Shown here one piece after another: positions 25,501-41,428 of a stretch of DNA of 64,000 nucleotides. This DNA comes from the human T2T-CHM13v2.0 reference genome, Homo sapiens. Position numbers and translations under genes: made by a program. Every line of letters starts with the position of its first letter. Positions within the stretch are counted from its first letter, which is position 1. The stretch is taken from the NCBI RefSeq assembly GCF_009914755.1, contig NC_060945.1. The stretch is one strand, 5' to 3'. The notes under the pieces are model-generated. The model had not been told where the DNA came from. It was given only the letters and a program-made list of their open reading frames with translations, and did no database searches.

Positions 25501-27820
25501 CATATAGTTAGGTTATATTTTATTCATTATGCCAGTTTCTGTGTTTTTATTCATGAAATTAAGCCATTTACACTTCATTCAGATTTACACATCATTCATT
25601 TAAAATGTTATTTTAGTCTGTTCTTTTTGTCTTTCATTCTTCTATTTTCCCTGCTCTAAATTCTTGATTATTGAACATTATTTAGAATTGTATTTTACTG
25701 TATCTATAATGTTTCTGGCTATATCTGTTTTCACAATTTGTGGGGAGGGGGTGTTGCCGTTGTAATTCAATGTCCCTATTTAAGTTAGAATCAATGTTTA
25801 CCATTTCAATTTGAATGTAGAAAGTATAGCATCATATAGGTCCCTACATCTTCTCTTTATATCATACTTTTCCTGTGTATTATACCTCCATTCATTGAAA
25901 ATTCCATCAGAGAATTTGTTTTATTCTTTCAACCATTAAATTACTTTAAATAACTTAAAAAGTGAATAGTGTGACATATTTCTCAGATATTTACCGTTTG
26001 TAACTCACGTTTTATTTCTGGAGTTTGATGTTTCCTTTGATTTAATTTCTTTTCTCTTTTAGAAGGCGCCTTGAGCAATTCTTTTGTATCAGGTCTGCTG
26101 GTAGAAATTGTAATAGTTTTCCTTTACCTTCATGTCTGAAGGGGATTTTGCTGAACATAGACCTTGCTTTGACAGGTGTGTTCTTTCAGAACTTTATAAA
26201 TTTTGTTTCATTTCCTTTTGGCCTTAATGATTTCTGGTCAAAAAATTCAGTCATGTGAATCATTCTTCTCCTATAACTATTGCATATTTTGGTGTTTGTA
26301 TATTTTTGGTTTTTAGAAGTTTGATTATGATGTGCCTCAACATGAACTGTTTTGGGTTTTTCTTGGGTTCGATGCTGTTGGCCTATTTGAGAAGTTTTCA
26401 GATGTCAGATGCATTGATACATATACATATGTACACGTATATACCTACATTATTTTGTCCTGGTCGTCTTTCTCTTTTCCTTCTTGGATTTCATGACATT
26501 TTGGTAGTGTCTAAGAAGTTCCTGAAGTCTATTCACTTTTTCCTTTAATATGTTTCCTTTTGTTTTCAAAATTGGATAACTTCCATTTGTAATTCTTTAT
26601 GTTTGATAACTCTCTCTGTCAATCAATTCAGCACATCCATGAATTTTGTTGTTGTTGTTGTTGTTAACATAAGTAGAATGCTAATATTTATTTGGGGTTT
26701 TAAAAATATATCGTATGTCTTTGGAGAGACTTTCTATATTTCCATTTATTTCACCTAATTATTTAGAACATGTTTTAAACAGTTGCTTTAAAATAGCTTT
26801 TAGATAATCCAACATGTGTCAGCATGCCATTGGCATTTCCAATGACATGATTTTCCTAGTTCTTAACAGGTAAAACAATAGATTATCTTTAGGACTTTGA
26901 ATATTACATAATCAGACTCTGGATCTTATTTCAGTATTACGGAAAATGCTCACTTTTTTTGTTGTTTTTGTAGGCAATCAGTTTGTTTAGATCAGACAAC
27001 AAATTCTGACCATCTTTCTTGGTTTTATATTCAGACGCCATTTTCATTACCTTTCAGTGACTGTCAGATCTGTCCTGCATGTGTACCAATGGCCATTCCA
27101 GGACCCATATGGAGGTTTACCTTTTAGTTAAATTCACAAAATCTTAGCAATGTTTAGAATCCGATTCAATAAGCACAGGTCAGGACAGAGCTCAAGATTT
27201 CCTAAAGAACTTGCTGTGGATGCCTTCCTAAGACCTTCCTACTCTATGATCTCTGACATACTTTCCTATTTCTTAGGTCACCACTTTTTAGTCCCCTGGC
27301 CAGAAAGCTGCGATCTTATTTATCTCTCTCTGCCCCAACTATGGCCTTATTCTGGTTCAACTGATGAGATTAATGAGGAGGATAAAAGCAATGGGAGATT
27401 TTGCTCTTAGGACTACAGTTTATCTGATTGAAGAAGAATGTCATCTCTCAGAGAACTGGGTGTTTGCAGCTTTCCTCTGTTGACATTGTCACTGCCAGAT
27501 TTCCTTCCTGCTTCCTGAGTCTGAACTGGAAGGCTTCTCTTTCTTGGACATTTCTAGAGCAGTGTTGATGACAACTTCTGGGTTTTGTGATGCCTTCAAT
27601 CCAGGCCATGGAATTCTGAAAAGAAAATTGTTATCTCACAGTTTGTCTGGTGATATTTTAAATTCTGTTATATTTCTTAATAGCAATATGTCTGCTGCGA
27701 TTTACTTTTAAGAGTCTTCAAATAGATGACATACATATTCTATCCAAATATATTGGTCATATTAAGTGGGGAGATAGGACACTGCAAGATGTCTCGAATT
27801 AATCCAGAACTGGAATTCTG
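22545..27820 (-). mobile_element. Ancient L1M (L1MC/MD-like) remnant
   Basis: 3' end aacatacagtaaaattcac...ttctatgaattttaac followed by antisense ORF2/ORF1-like text. Confidence 0.7.
23224..23528 (-). mobile_element. AluY
   Basis: Diagnostic cactgcaagctc / gggttcacgccattctcc / gtgttagccagga; poly-T starts at 23224. Confidence 0.95.
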
Positions 27821-28154
27821 TGATTACTTTTAAACTTGTTGACATATATATGATCAGAGCCTTATTTAAACAATAAGGAATTAATATATATATTAACAAA
27901 GTGATTTTCAGATGCTTACTTTTTTATTGATATTTAATTGATCACTTCAGTGTGACTTTGAACATTTAGCCCACACTTTAGGATTCTTACTGCCTTTTGA
28001 AAGCTGTGTATTTAAAGCCATACTTTTCTTAGTTAATGGGATAAAAAGTAAAAGATTTATAGGGGAGAAAAATGAAAGTAGTTCCAATTATTTCTTTCTG
28101 GCAGTTTATCAAAGGTGGAAATAATGCTGTTCTTACAAAATTTGTTATTTTATT

Positions 28155-28260
28155 TACTTTTTTATTATTATACTTTAAGTTCTAGGGTACATGTGCACAA
28201 CGTGTAGGTTTGTTACATATGTTTACATGTGCCATGTTGGTGTGCTGCACCCATTAACTT
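28155..28260 (-). mobile_element. L1PA (PA4-6-like) short 3' end
   Basis: ttattatactttaagttctagggtacatgtgcacaacgtg...gcacccattaact; short direct repeat ttacttt at both ends. Confidence 0.88.
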
Positions 28261-28419
28261 ACTTTAAAAACATGCAATAATAACTTGCCAAAATTGAAAC
28301 ACCAGATCATATATTTATTTTTTGTATTATTAAGATGTTACAGTAAAATGACCAGTTTTAAAAACCAAGATGACCCTTTCTCCAACATCTCCATCATCTT
28401 CCAATTTTATCTTTTATTC

Positions 28420-28729
28420 TTTTTTTTTTTTTTTTTTTTGAGACAGAGTCTCACTCTGTTGCCCATGTTGGAGTGCAATGGTGTGATCTCGGCTCACTAC
28501 AACCCTACAACCTCTGCCTCCCAGGTTCAAGTGATTCTCCTGCCTCAGCCTCCCAAGTTGCTGGCATTACAGGTGCCTACCACCACGCTCAGCTAATTTT
28601 TGTACTTTTAGTAGAGACAGGGTTTCACCTTCTTGGCCAGGCTGGTCTCAAACTCCTGACCTCAGGCGATCTGCCTGCCTCAGCCTCCCAAAGTGCTGGG
28701 ATTACAGGCGTTAGCCACCGCGCCCGGCC
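28420..28729 (-). mobile_element. AluS (Sx-like)
   Basis: Full dimer with poly-T. Confidence 0.95.
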
Positions 28730-28769
28730 ATATTTATTCTTGATATATAAATAAAACAAATATAGCCCC

Positions 28770-29260
28770 TGTATATTGGTCCTTGGACCATTAGCACATA
28801 AACCCCCCGGTGCCAAATTCAAAAATTTACACATCCGACTGTTTTAAATTACCCTGCATAAGCCTATTTTAAACATTTACAATCAGCCTGCTTTGGAAAC
28901 TGCAAAACTGCACCTAACTTCTGCTAGCCATACACAAACTCCAAGGGCAATACAAGACACCAAGCCCACAGCTGCCCTTCTACCTTCTGAGAGAGTCTGA
29001 GAGACGCTGCTGTACTGCTGAGTGACATCACGTGGACACATTATCCCCCTCTCAGATTCTTCACTCTTCCAGGAGTTTCCTTCCCCTTCTCCCACTCTCT
29101 GAGTGGTGACTGGACATGGTGTCTTTAAACAGCCTCCTGCTATCAGGAACTTCCAATGTCAAGCAACTTGTATGAGTAGCACCTAAGTCAAACTCATTAT
29201 GTGTTAATGCCTCCTATCATCATAAGTTTTTCCTTGATGAGTCCTGAAATCTTCACACTT
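28770..29260 (+). mobile_element. Old ERV LTR-like fragment (family not assigned)
   Basis: Higher-GC island with LTR-like text; family not recognised with confidence. Confidence 0.35.
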
Positions 29261-29435
29261 ACTTATACTTTCCAACAGATTATTTTCTGCAGAATTTTGC
29301 AAAAATGAGTACTACCAACTCTAAAAATACGTTCTGAAATCTTACACCTTTAGATTACTTTTAAATATACATCATGACTTTTATTATACATTATTTTTCT
29401 TATAAGTTTTATATGATTCTTAAAATTAATTAATT

Positions 29436-29720
29436 ATTTTTTTTTGAGATAGAGTCTTGCTCTGTTGACCAGGCAGTGACACAATCACAGGTCACTACAA
29501 CCTCGACTTCCCAGGCTCAAGCTATCCTCCCATCTCAGCCTCTTAAATAGCTGGGAGTACAGGCACACACCATCCTATCCTGCTAATTTTTTCTATTTTT
29601 TTGTAGCGACAGGCTCTCATTATGTTTCTCAGGCTCATCTCAATCTCCTGGGCTCAGGTGATTCTCCTGCCTCAGCCTCCCAGATCGCTGGGATTACAGG
29701 TGCGAGCCACCAGGCCTTGA
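29436..29720 (-). mobile_element. AluJ
   Basis: ggctcaagctatcctcccatctcagcc and ctcctgggctcag J-type motifs. Confidence 0.9.
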
Positions 29721-30877
29721 CTTCTTTTTAAACTTGAATTACCAACTTGTATTCTAGTCCATTTTGTACCCCAGGTGGTCCCAAAACTTTTCTTTAATGT
29801 ATAGGTTGACATAAAACAGGTGAATTCTCAGATCAGTTTCTGCAATCAGTCTTTCCTGATATATTTTAGAACCTGAGAAAGACTTTTGGATAAGGAGATA
29901 ATTGAACTTTTTCTCCATTAGCACAATCCAGTAGCTGACTTTCTCAAAAGAAAATCCATCTGCACACAGATACATGGTTGGAAAAGGGGTGACCCAAGAG
30001 AGTTTCTGAAAGGTGTTTGGGACCTCAAGGTTTCTTGAAATACTCTGAGGGCCTTTCATGTAGAATATTGTTAACTGTAGAATATACGCTGAAAGAATAT
30101 AAAAATTGCCATGTTTAGTGGTGAAATTAACTTTCAAGAATTAAAGGAACATTCAAGCTTGAATTTATTTATTTATATATTTATTGACTTGAGAGATCTT
30201 CCATATTAACTATGGCCTTTTATTTAATTATTATCTCATACTGTGGAAAGACTTCTTTTGACAAAAATAAAGTCACAGTAATGTTTTACCTCCTTTCAAC
30301 TGTAACTTTTCACTTAGATTTTATTTAATAAGCCCTTTAGATTGGTGGTAAAATGTCGTAGACATCTAGTGATGGATTAGCTTTAGTAAATTGTATTAAA
30401 AAATCTATTAACATTTTTATTTTTATGTTTTTTAATTTGTTCATTTATACTTCTCTGATTATAAAAATAATCCAATGTTAGTATAGAAAATTGTATAATG
30501 TCTACTGAGGACATTTCAAAAGAGCTGATTATATTCTTAAATCAACATATTAAATATTCATTTACCACTTTACCTATGAATTTCAATTATGGTTAATTAA
30601 ATATAGAATTTATTATGTAAACAAATGCTGTAATAGATATGTATCTGGTCATATTTGGCCAGGTGACTTATACTTGCCCAATAGTGTATCCACAGGGTTT
30701 GGAATACTGATCAGTTTGAGTAAGAGTGAAGACTTATTTATATATTGACATAAATATGTCTCTTACATGTAATGTCAGCTTGATAAAAGAAACAGAATAC
30801 AGAAGCAGGCGTATTTTTAAAAGAAAGAAAAAATATTGAAATATTAATCAATATTTGCATAAATAAATGCATATGCT

Positions 30878-31029
30878 GGCCAGGCTCTGTGAGACACTCC
30901 TGAGGCAGGAGTACTGCTTGAGCCCAAGAGTTGGAGACTGCAGTGAGAGGCTATGATCACACCACTGCATGTCAGCTTGGGTGACAGAGGGAGACCCTGT
31001 ATCAAAAAGAAAAACAAACAAAAAAAAAT
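30878..31029 (+). mobile_element. AluJ/FRAM-like right monomer
   Basis: gcttgagcccaagagttggagactgcagtgag...tatgatcacaccactgca followed by an A tail. Confidence 0.8.
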
Positions 31030-31036
31030 GCAAGCA

Positions 31037-31225
31037 CAGTCAGCTCTTCATATTCGTGGTCTTACACTGGTGTTTTCAACCAATTTGGATGGAAAATATT
31101 TTTTAAAATAGCAATAAAATTAACAATACAAAAATGAAAACATACAAATAAAGAACAATATAGTATAACAACTATCTGAGGGAGTTCCTAGAATCAATCC
31201 TCTGTGAATACGAGTTAACAACTGT
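31037..31225 (-). mobile_element. MER2-like element, internally deleted
   Basis: cagtcagctcttcatattcgtgg ... gaatacgagttaacaactgTA; reverse complement of the MER2 ends. Confidence 0.65.
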
Positions 31226-31248
31226 AATTAATAAAAATAACTAACCAA

Positions 31249-31545
31249 GGCCAGTGCAGTGGCTCACGCCTGTAATCCCAGCACTTTGGGAGGCCAACAC
31301 AGGTGGATCACGAGGTCAAGAGTTTGAGACCAGCCTGGCCAACATGGTGAAACCCCATCTCTACTAAAAACACAAAAATTAGCTGGGCATGATGGCGCGT
31401 GCCTGTAGTCCCAGCTGCTCAGGAGGCTGAGGCAGGAGAATCACTTGAACCCAGGAGGCAGAGGTTGCAGTGAGCTGAGATCATACCACTGCACTCCAGC
31501 CTGTCCGACAGAGTGAGACTCCATAAGAACAAAAAATAAACAATA
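31249..31545 (+). mobile_element. AluS (Sg/Sc-like)
   Basis: Full dimer; flanking direct repeat ataactaacca. Confidence 0.95.
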
Positions 31546-33036
31546 ATAACTAACCAGGAAAATGAAAAGGTCAATAATTTTAGTTGCCTCTTATTTTTTT
31601 TTTTATTTTTGATCTTGTACATATGATCTACGCAAAAAGCCAATTTAAAAGAAACATAATAATCAGGTTCCTTTGGCAAATAATTAGAAAATGGAGAAAA
31701 GCGTAATTATGAAAATGCAACAAAGCATCAGTTAACAATTTTTCATTGTTTTTGTACTTGCTGTCTAAGGAAGGAAATACTTATTTGATTAAACTGCTGA
31801 TTCCTCTTATATTAACTTTCACTAAGAATGTAATCGTAAATGCCAATGGAACCTTTTTTTGATTTTTCTTAAACCAACTTAATGAGCCAAATTTGATCCT
31901 CACGCTTCTACAGTCTGATGGTACTATATAAAGCCTTTACTGTGTTGTTCAGATAGGTTTGATTTTAGAAGTCAGTACTCAGTACCTTATGGCAGTTAGG
32001 TCACGGCTTTACTATATTCACAAATTAGGAACAACCATGTGGAAAATGCCCAAAATTTGCTATTCGTCAAATATGCATAGAAATGCTCTATTGATTAGAT
32101 TTTGTAACAAGACGGATATACCAAATCAGTTGACACTGAAGATTGAAGACCACTCAGCTACATTTGTTTAAAAAGAATTGTATGTACGTATTTAGTTTAT
32201 AGTAATCAGGAAGATAGACTTTTTTTTTCCAAACGAAATTATAAAATTATTGTTCCTTATGCCCATCATTTTATACTTTGCATTTTTAAATTTTGTATGC
32301 ATTTTGAGTTCCAGAAAAGTATTCTCATTAAATAGCACTTTAAATTGATCACCCTCATAAATTCAGAATGGAGGACTATGACAATTAACCAGAAGCAATA
32401 TTAATGAAAATTGAGAGCTGTTAGATCATATTACAGCATTTGCAGCAGTAGGGAAGAGCAGAACATACAAATTTTTAAAAAAAGAAAACAGATGGATTTC
32501 ATTGATGCCTGATATGACTATATGAAAGTAACAATTTCATGATCAAAATCATGATGAATGCATTCTCCATAATTGAGATGTCTTATTGTATATTGAGAGG
32601 CTATATAATATTAAAATACTAGTCATTCTTTACCTCATATAAGCAATTAAGTATTTGAAAAATTGTCAAAGATGTAAATTGAAAAATGAGGGTACTTCAT
32701 TTGTTATCAAAGGAAGGTTCTTAAAATTAACTGAAAACATGTAATTTCTTACTATCCATGAGTAATAAAAATAGCTTTGCAAATGTGGCTTCCCAGGTGT
32801 TTCACTTTTCTAACTTCATATAATAAAATGCAATGGAAAGAGATGTGTTAATGAAATTATGGGAAGACCCAAAGAAATAAACTAATTTGCTTTTCATGCA
32901 GACTGAGAATATAAATAGAGAATGTTAGAACTATCAAATAACTTTGGTGTTAATCTGCTCTATCTATTCTCTTGGCCAGGAACCAAGATCACTTCTGTGA
33001 CTTTCTAATGGACACACAGCCCTAAATGTAAAATCA

Positions 33037-34376
33037 TTTTTCTGATGATTAGTGATAACGAGCATTTTTTCATATGTTTGCTGGTTGCTTTTATGTTTTC
33101 TTTTGAGAAATGTCTGTTCATGTCATTTTCCCATTTTTAATTGGATTATTATTTTTTTCTTGTTGACTTGTTTAAGTTCCTTATAGATTCCGGATATTCA
33201 ACCTTTATCAGAGGCATAGATTGCAAACATTTTCTCCCATTCTGTAGGCTGTCTGTTCATTCTGTTGATAATTGGTTTTGCTGTGCAAAAGCTGTTTAGT
33301 TTAATTAGGTCCCACTCGTCAATTTTTGTATTTATTGCAATTGCTTTTGAGGACTTAGCCATAAATTCTTTGCCAAAGCCAGTGTCGAGAAGTGTATGTC
33401 CTAAGTTTTTTTTATATATACTTTTTTATAGTTTGAGGCGTTACATTTAACCCTTTAATCCATCTTAAGTTAATCTTTGTGTATGATGAAAGATAGTGGT
33501 CCAGTTGAATTCTTTTGCATATGGCTCGCCATTTATCCCAGCACCACTTACCGAATAAGGAGTCAACATTTTGTTAACTTTGTCAAAGTTCAGATGGATA
33601 TAGGTGTGCAGCTTTCATCCTCAGAGAAATGTAAATCAAAACCACAATGAGATACCATCTCACACCAGTCAGAATGAATATTATTTAAAAAGTCAAAAAA
33701 TAACAGGTGCCGTCAAGACTTCAGAGAAAAAGGAATGCTTATACACTGTTGATGAGAATGTAAATAGTTCAACCATCGTGGAAAGTAATTTTGAGATTTT
33801 GCAAAGAACTTAAGCAGAACTGCCATTTGAGCCAGCAAACCCATTACTGGGTAAATACCAAAAGGAAAATAAATTGTAACAGACACATGCACTCGTACGA
33901 TTATCACAGTGCTATTCACAATAGCAAGGACATGGAGTCAACCTTGGTACCCATCAACGGTGGACTGGATAAATAAAATGCAGTACCTATACACCATGGA
34001 CTACTACACTGCAAAAAACAAACAAACAAACATGAAATCATGTCCTTTGCTGCAACATGGATGCAACTGTAGGCCGTAATCCTAAGCAAATTCACACAGG
34101 AACAGGAACAGAAAACCAAATACTGCATATCCTCACATTGAATGCCCATGGACATAAAGATGGCAGCAACAGACACTGAGGACTACTAGAGAAGGGAAAG
34201 AGGGAGGTGGGATGGTCTGAAAAACTACCTATTGGGTATCATGCTAACTATCTGGATGACAGAACCACCTTTACCCCAAACCTCAGAATCATGCAATATA
34301 CCCAGTTAACAAACCTGTCCATATGTCCCCTGAATCCAAAAAAAGAAAACGTAAAAAGAAGTAAAGAGAAAAAAAG
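33037..34376 (+). mobile_element. Older primate L1 (L1PA15/16-like), 5'-truncated and 5'-inverted
   Basis: Antisense ORF2 at 33037-33615, then sense ORF2 end, 3'UTR and A-rich tail. Confidence 0.85.
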
Positions 34377-36015
34377 GGTTGTGAGTCTTAAGATTAGCAG
34401 TCCTCTGCTAGGTGAAAAATCTATGTGTGCATTTATTTGTTGCTTTATATTTAAAACAGAATTGGAATTGAATTACAAATGAGTATACTTCCTGGCTGTG
34501 CTTGAGTGGAGTTAGTTTTCCTTGGCTCAAATAAATTTGAAGGAATTAGTGGGTGCCGGTTAATCTGAACCAAACAAGCTGTGACATGAATAGGCATTTC
34601 ATGGTTGGTATCATCTTTATCTTCTGAGAAATATCTGAGGGTTGAGGAAAGACTTGGAAGACTCAGAAAACATATGAAATTGCTGCATGCCGTTATTCAT
34701 AAAAGGTAAATCAGTCTGTCAAATTAGTGGTATATCTGTTGCCTAAGCAACCGGTCAGGAGAATTATAACTTGAAGGTAGTCCACCACGTCCATGTTAGT
34801 GGGAGTTAATAGAACTACTTCACTATACATCCCCATGTTCCTTCCAGCTAAAGAAAAAATAGAAACTTTCCAGGAAACGTTGACTACTCAACACATACAG
34901 AATACAAATCCATGAAAGAATTCATTTCATTGTAATTCTCTAAGGAATGAAAAACCTTTACTGTAATAAAAAGAGTAATACTGCTCTTGCAACTAATGTA
35001 TAAATAATGATAGGTAAAACATGCATTTTGTTTAAAATGTTATTTCCCATAATTACAGAGGAAGAAAAACAGGGTACAGATAGTCAAATGACAATGTACT
35101 TAAAATTCAGAGTTAATATCTGAAAAAGTTCTATCTTTTGTAATACTAGTAATTATTATGTTACTTTAGAGACAACATGTCAGATTATGTTTCTTGTATC
35201 TAAATTCATAAAGGCAGAAACTTGATTTATTGTGTTTAATTACTAAGTTACATACCAGTTCTTATCTCTACCATCAATGGAGGTAATGTGGCATCAACGC
35301 TGACCTGAATGCTATTATAGAGATATTTGAGTATAATCACACTTGTAAATGCCTGTCTGGTATTGTTTAGTATATGTAAAAAATATTAATATACTTAATT
35401 TTAGGAATATTACTTTATGATATTCAGCTTAAAATTATAAAAGTGTGCATTGAGTCACAATTTATCCTCTACTTTGAAATTTAGCTTCTATTGTGGATGC
35501 TAGTGATTTGTTTATTGCAAACAGTGCATTTCAGTAACAGTTTCAACATGTTCCAAATGTGCAGCATATACAGTTTTTGCAATGTAATTAGTTAGAAATT
35601 GGAGATGCTTAATTTTAAAATTGAACAGTTCATGAAAATCTATTTCCATTCTCTGTATGGCTTATGCAGTTTCTCTTCATAAAATGTTCTATAGCTGCTT
35701 GAAGAAATTAAGTGTAGTTAATCAGAAAGAACATTATGTTTTGACACCTAATTTGAAAGCCCTGTTTTGAAGCAGTGATATATTGCTTATGGCATTACAC
35801 AGACCAATGAGAAGCCAAATAGGAAATCCACTTATGCTCAAAGTAGATCTCCATATTGATGTAAGTTAGGGTGGTATTGTCTTTTTCTGAGACATAATTC
35901 CTAAAAGTATATATGTTTGCTAAAATATGTACTTTATTGTTTAACAGATTTAGTAGTGAAATAGCTTTACAATGAATTGATATAATTATTGCACATTAGA
36001 ACACAGATCATTGAT

Positions 36016-36097
36016 GGACATTTGGACATATGTAACAAACCTGTACGTTGTGCACATGTACCCTAGAACTTAAAGTATAATAAAAATAAAATAAAAA
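36016..36097 (+). mobile_element. Very short L1PA 3' end with 18-bp TSD
   Basis: acatatgtaacaaacctg...ccctagaacttaaagtataataaaaa; TSD agaacacagatcattgat (35998-36015) and agaacgcagatcagtgat (36098-36115). Confidence 0.9.
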
Positions 36098-36270
36098 AGA
36101 ACGCAGATCAGTGATAAAGTTATTTTACTGTGAAACCAAATCAGTTTCATTAATATAAATGGAGATGTGAAGGATGACATTTGAAAGCTTAAAATGTAGC
36201 AAAAATTCTCTAAATGATGGTAGTGAAGGTGTTTTCGTCTCTATTTATTCTGTATTCATCTCTCCTTCAG

Positions 36271-36388
36271 TGCCGCCAGCAATCTCAATGCCTCAGAAAT
36301 CTTTTAATGCCACAGCAGAGAGAGGAGAAGAAATGACATTTTCCTGCAGGGCCTCAGGCTCTCCAGAACCCGCCATCTCCTGGTTCAG
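36271..36388 (+). CDS. NCAM2: NCAM2 internal coding exon (probably exon 6; first half of Ig3)
   Basis: tctccttcAG acceptor; TTCAG|gtaggt donor. Encodes (V)[38 protein letters not shown](R). 118 nt, in frame with the flanking exons. Confidence 0.97.
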
Positions 36389-38898
36389 GTAGGTTATGCA
36401 CCCCGCTCCCTCTGGCTTGTGTCCATTATCAGGCTTATGGAACAGTATTGGGATCTTAATCATTTTGGTAAAAAGCAAACCATTGCATTTTAGTTTCATT
36501 AAAAAAAAATCCTGGTGCTATCTTTGGGGCTTACGGTGGTTAGATTAAACTGCTAAAGAGATCAACAGTGTGACCCCGCTCTAATATTCTGAGTCAAAGG
36601 CTGTACCCATTATACTTATTCTGTCTGTAAAAGCAGACTTTTGGAAAAATGGGACCAGGAGCACCTGTGACTTATTCAAACATTTTATTATCATTACAAT
36701 TTATCTTGAAATTGATATTCTAGTGTTATTGACACCACTGTCATATGTATACAATATCATATTTTATTAGAATATAATTGTGTATATTTGTATTATACAC
36801 AAAATGTTGTATTATAGAAAAAACTGATTTATAGCATTAAAATTCAATGAATTTAATGTGTAATTTTTAAAAATTACCTCATCAAATGAGGAAATTCTGT
36901 ATTCTAAATCTATAATTTGATAGTTTATTTTTTTAGAATTTTAAAATACTATTTGATTTTTATTAAGTTCAAGAATATTTTTAAAATATTCCATTCTTTT
37001 AGATTGTGTCTCAAACTACGAAATTGGAGACGATGAACTTTAAAACTGGACCATCTTGTAGATATGCATTAGTAATGCAGGTTGCTACAGAAGCATTAGC
37101 TACAAGTATTTACAGAATCATTTCATAAACCATATAGTGAAAAATTATTTAAAAAGATTAGTAAAATATACATCAGAAGTGCAAAAGTGTCCCTACTAAG
37201 TATTAGGTTGTTGTTTTAAAAGTTCTTTGAAGGACAACAATTGAAATCCCAAACTAACTTTTATTCTTTTTTGCTTGAGCATGTACTGATATTACCTTCA
37301 ACTTTCAACCATTTGTTTCTACTGCTTATCATTTTAATATAGGATGTAACAATAAATGAGATGTTTCTTCAAATATTGTGTGTTTAGATGTTCTTTTCAG
37401 ACACTAATTTTCTTGGGACAAACTGTTGGTATTTTTTAGTAGGATTACACCTTGAATATTAACATACCCACCCCAGATAATCATCGTCTGTCTCAGTGAC
37501 TGCTGATTTACTAATGTGGATCCTTAAAAGTCCATATCAGACCTAATTGTATCACAGAAAAGCTACTGAATCATTCATTCCAATGAAAAAATACTGTTCT
37601 ACAATCTTTTTTCCTATGGTTTTGTATTTCCACAGAGATTTCTTTTTTCTTATTTGAACAGCATTTATTTAACAGATAAAGAAAGTAAAGCACAAAAATA
37701 ATATGAGCAGGAAATTGAGCAACAAACATGAGCTTGAGATACTCATGTTCCACTTTGTATGTAGTGGGAAAAACATCTTAAACTTCAAGCTTATGCCGAT
37801 CTTAGCTAATGTAATTGATGATTCCACAAACCAATAGTGGGAATAGTAGCTGGTAGGAAAGTACAGGTGAATAAGCCTTGTTTTGAAATAATTTTCCAGT
37901 CATTTATTAAGGAATGCTATAAAATGTAAACTGTTCTGTGTAAAGGGGCTAGAAGTCTTCCTGCATTCAAGAGGAAGAAAGGAACATGTATCTTTATCCT
38001 GTGAATTCATCCTGACGTGCACTTCATCATTTCTGAGGCAGAAATACATGGAAACTGGGTGTGTGATTGTTACAGTGTTAGAACATATGTCCTTGAAAAA
38101 TATGACACCAGGTTTAAGAAGAAAATCTCCTTTACTTCTGAGATTACTTGATCACAATGATTCCAAGTTTGATAGTAATTTCAGATTCCCCACCTATTTA
38201 TGTTGATGTTAAGTTATGCAGATTCCTCATTAGTCCCATCTTTAGGATAATATTAGAACACTTACCATCAAGTCAGAATAGTAATTGTGAGACTAGATGC
38301 TTTTAGTTTGGTCAGTTTAGTTGTCTGCAGCACAACCCTTTCAAATAACAGCTTACCAATTACTTCTCACCAGAATACCAAGATCCTCCAGCAGCTGGGA
38401 AGTGTTAGCTGGCTTGGTTTTTCAGAGAGACTTCTTTTCTGCAGAGATTTTTTTTTCTTAAAGTTTTACATTCCTTCAAAACTGTTTTCTTATATTTAAT
38501 TAGAAATAGTATTATATAGACTAGTATAAATCAGATTCAAAGAATAATATAATGAGTAATTTAAATTTATATTTTTTCTTCTCCATATCTTCATATGGTA
38601 TTAGTTTCATCCTTTGGATAGAATGAAATAACAATTTATTGAAAACCTAAATAATTGTTCTAGTCTCTGGATATAAAATATATACTGGGAGGATGAGAAT
38701 GTGTGGTTGTAACATTAACGAAGGTAAAATTTGTGTTAGAGGGAAATTCTGACCTTGTATCTGTACATATAGACATGTCATGTTTGTGGAAAAGAAAAAA
38801 TTCCTGAAAGTATCAGGAAATGTAGGGTAGCATCCCGAGAGAAATGTCCAGACTGTTTCATAGAGATAATATTTCCAAGCGAGATAAGTGAAGTCAGT

Positions 38899-39715
<817 letters not shown>

Positions 39716-39966
39716 TCAATAAGATAATTAAAGACCATAATAGGGGAATTATAAAACATGTTCACAAAGAGAATCAAAAGCACTTAGTGACATGTAAATC
39801 CAAGAGGGAGTAAAAGCAGTGACTCTAAAGGTTCCCCCCTTCATTTTCGTTCAAACGGTACTTCTATATTGAGAATACAATATGGATTTTTATTGTTAGC
39901 CCATTAATTTCATAAATTTAATTTATTTTAAAATGTTCCATTTAAACCCCACTTAATCATGATACA

Positions 39967-41428
<1,462 letters not shown>

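Noticed and set aside
29754-30137. 127-aa minus-strand ORF in non-repeat DNA
   Set aside because: Non-ATG start, no recognisable domain and no splice or promoter context.
31734-31750. Inverted SOX-like pair aacaat-ttttc-attgtt
   Set aside because: Expected by chance in such AT-rich DNA; cannot be supported without conservation or ChIP data.
36174-36392. 72-aa ORF starting with ATG
   Set aside because: Exon 6 plus open intronic sequence upstream; the strong acceptor at 36270 explains it.
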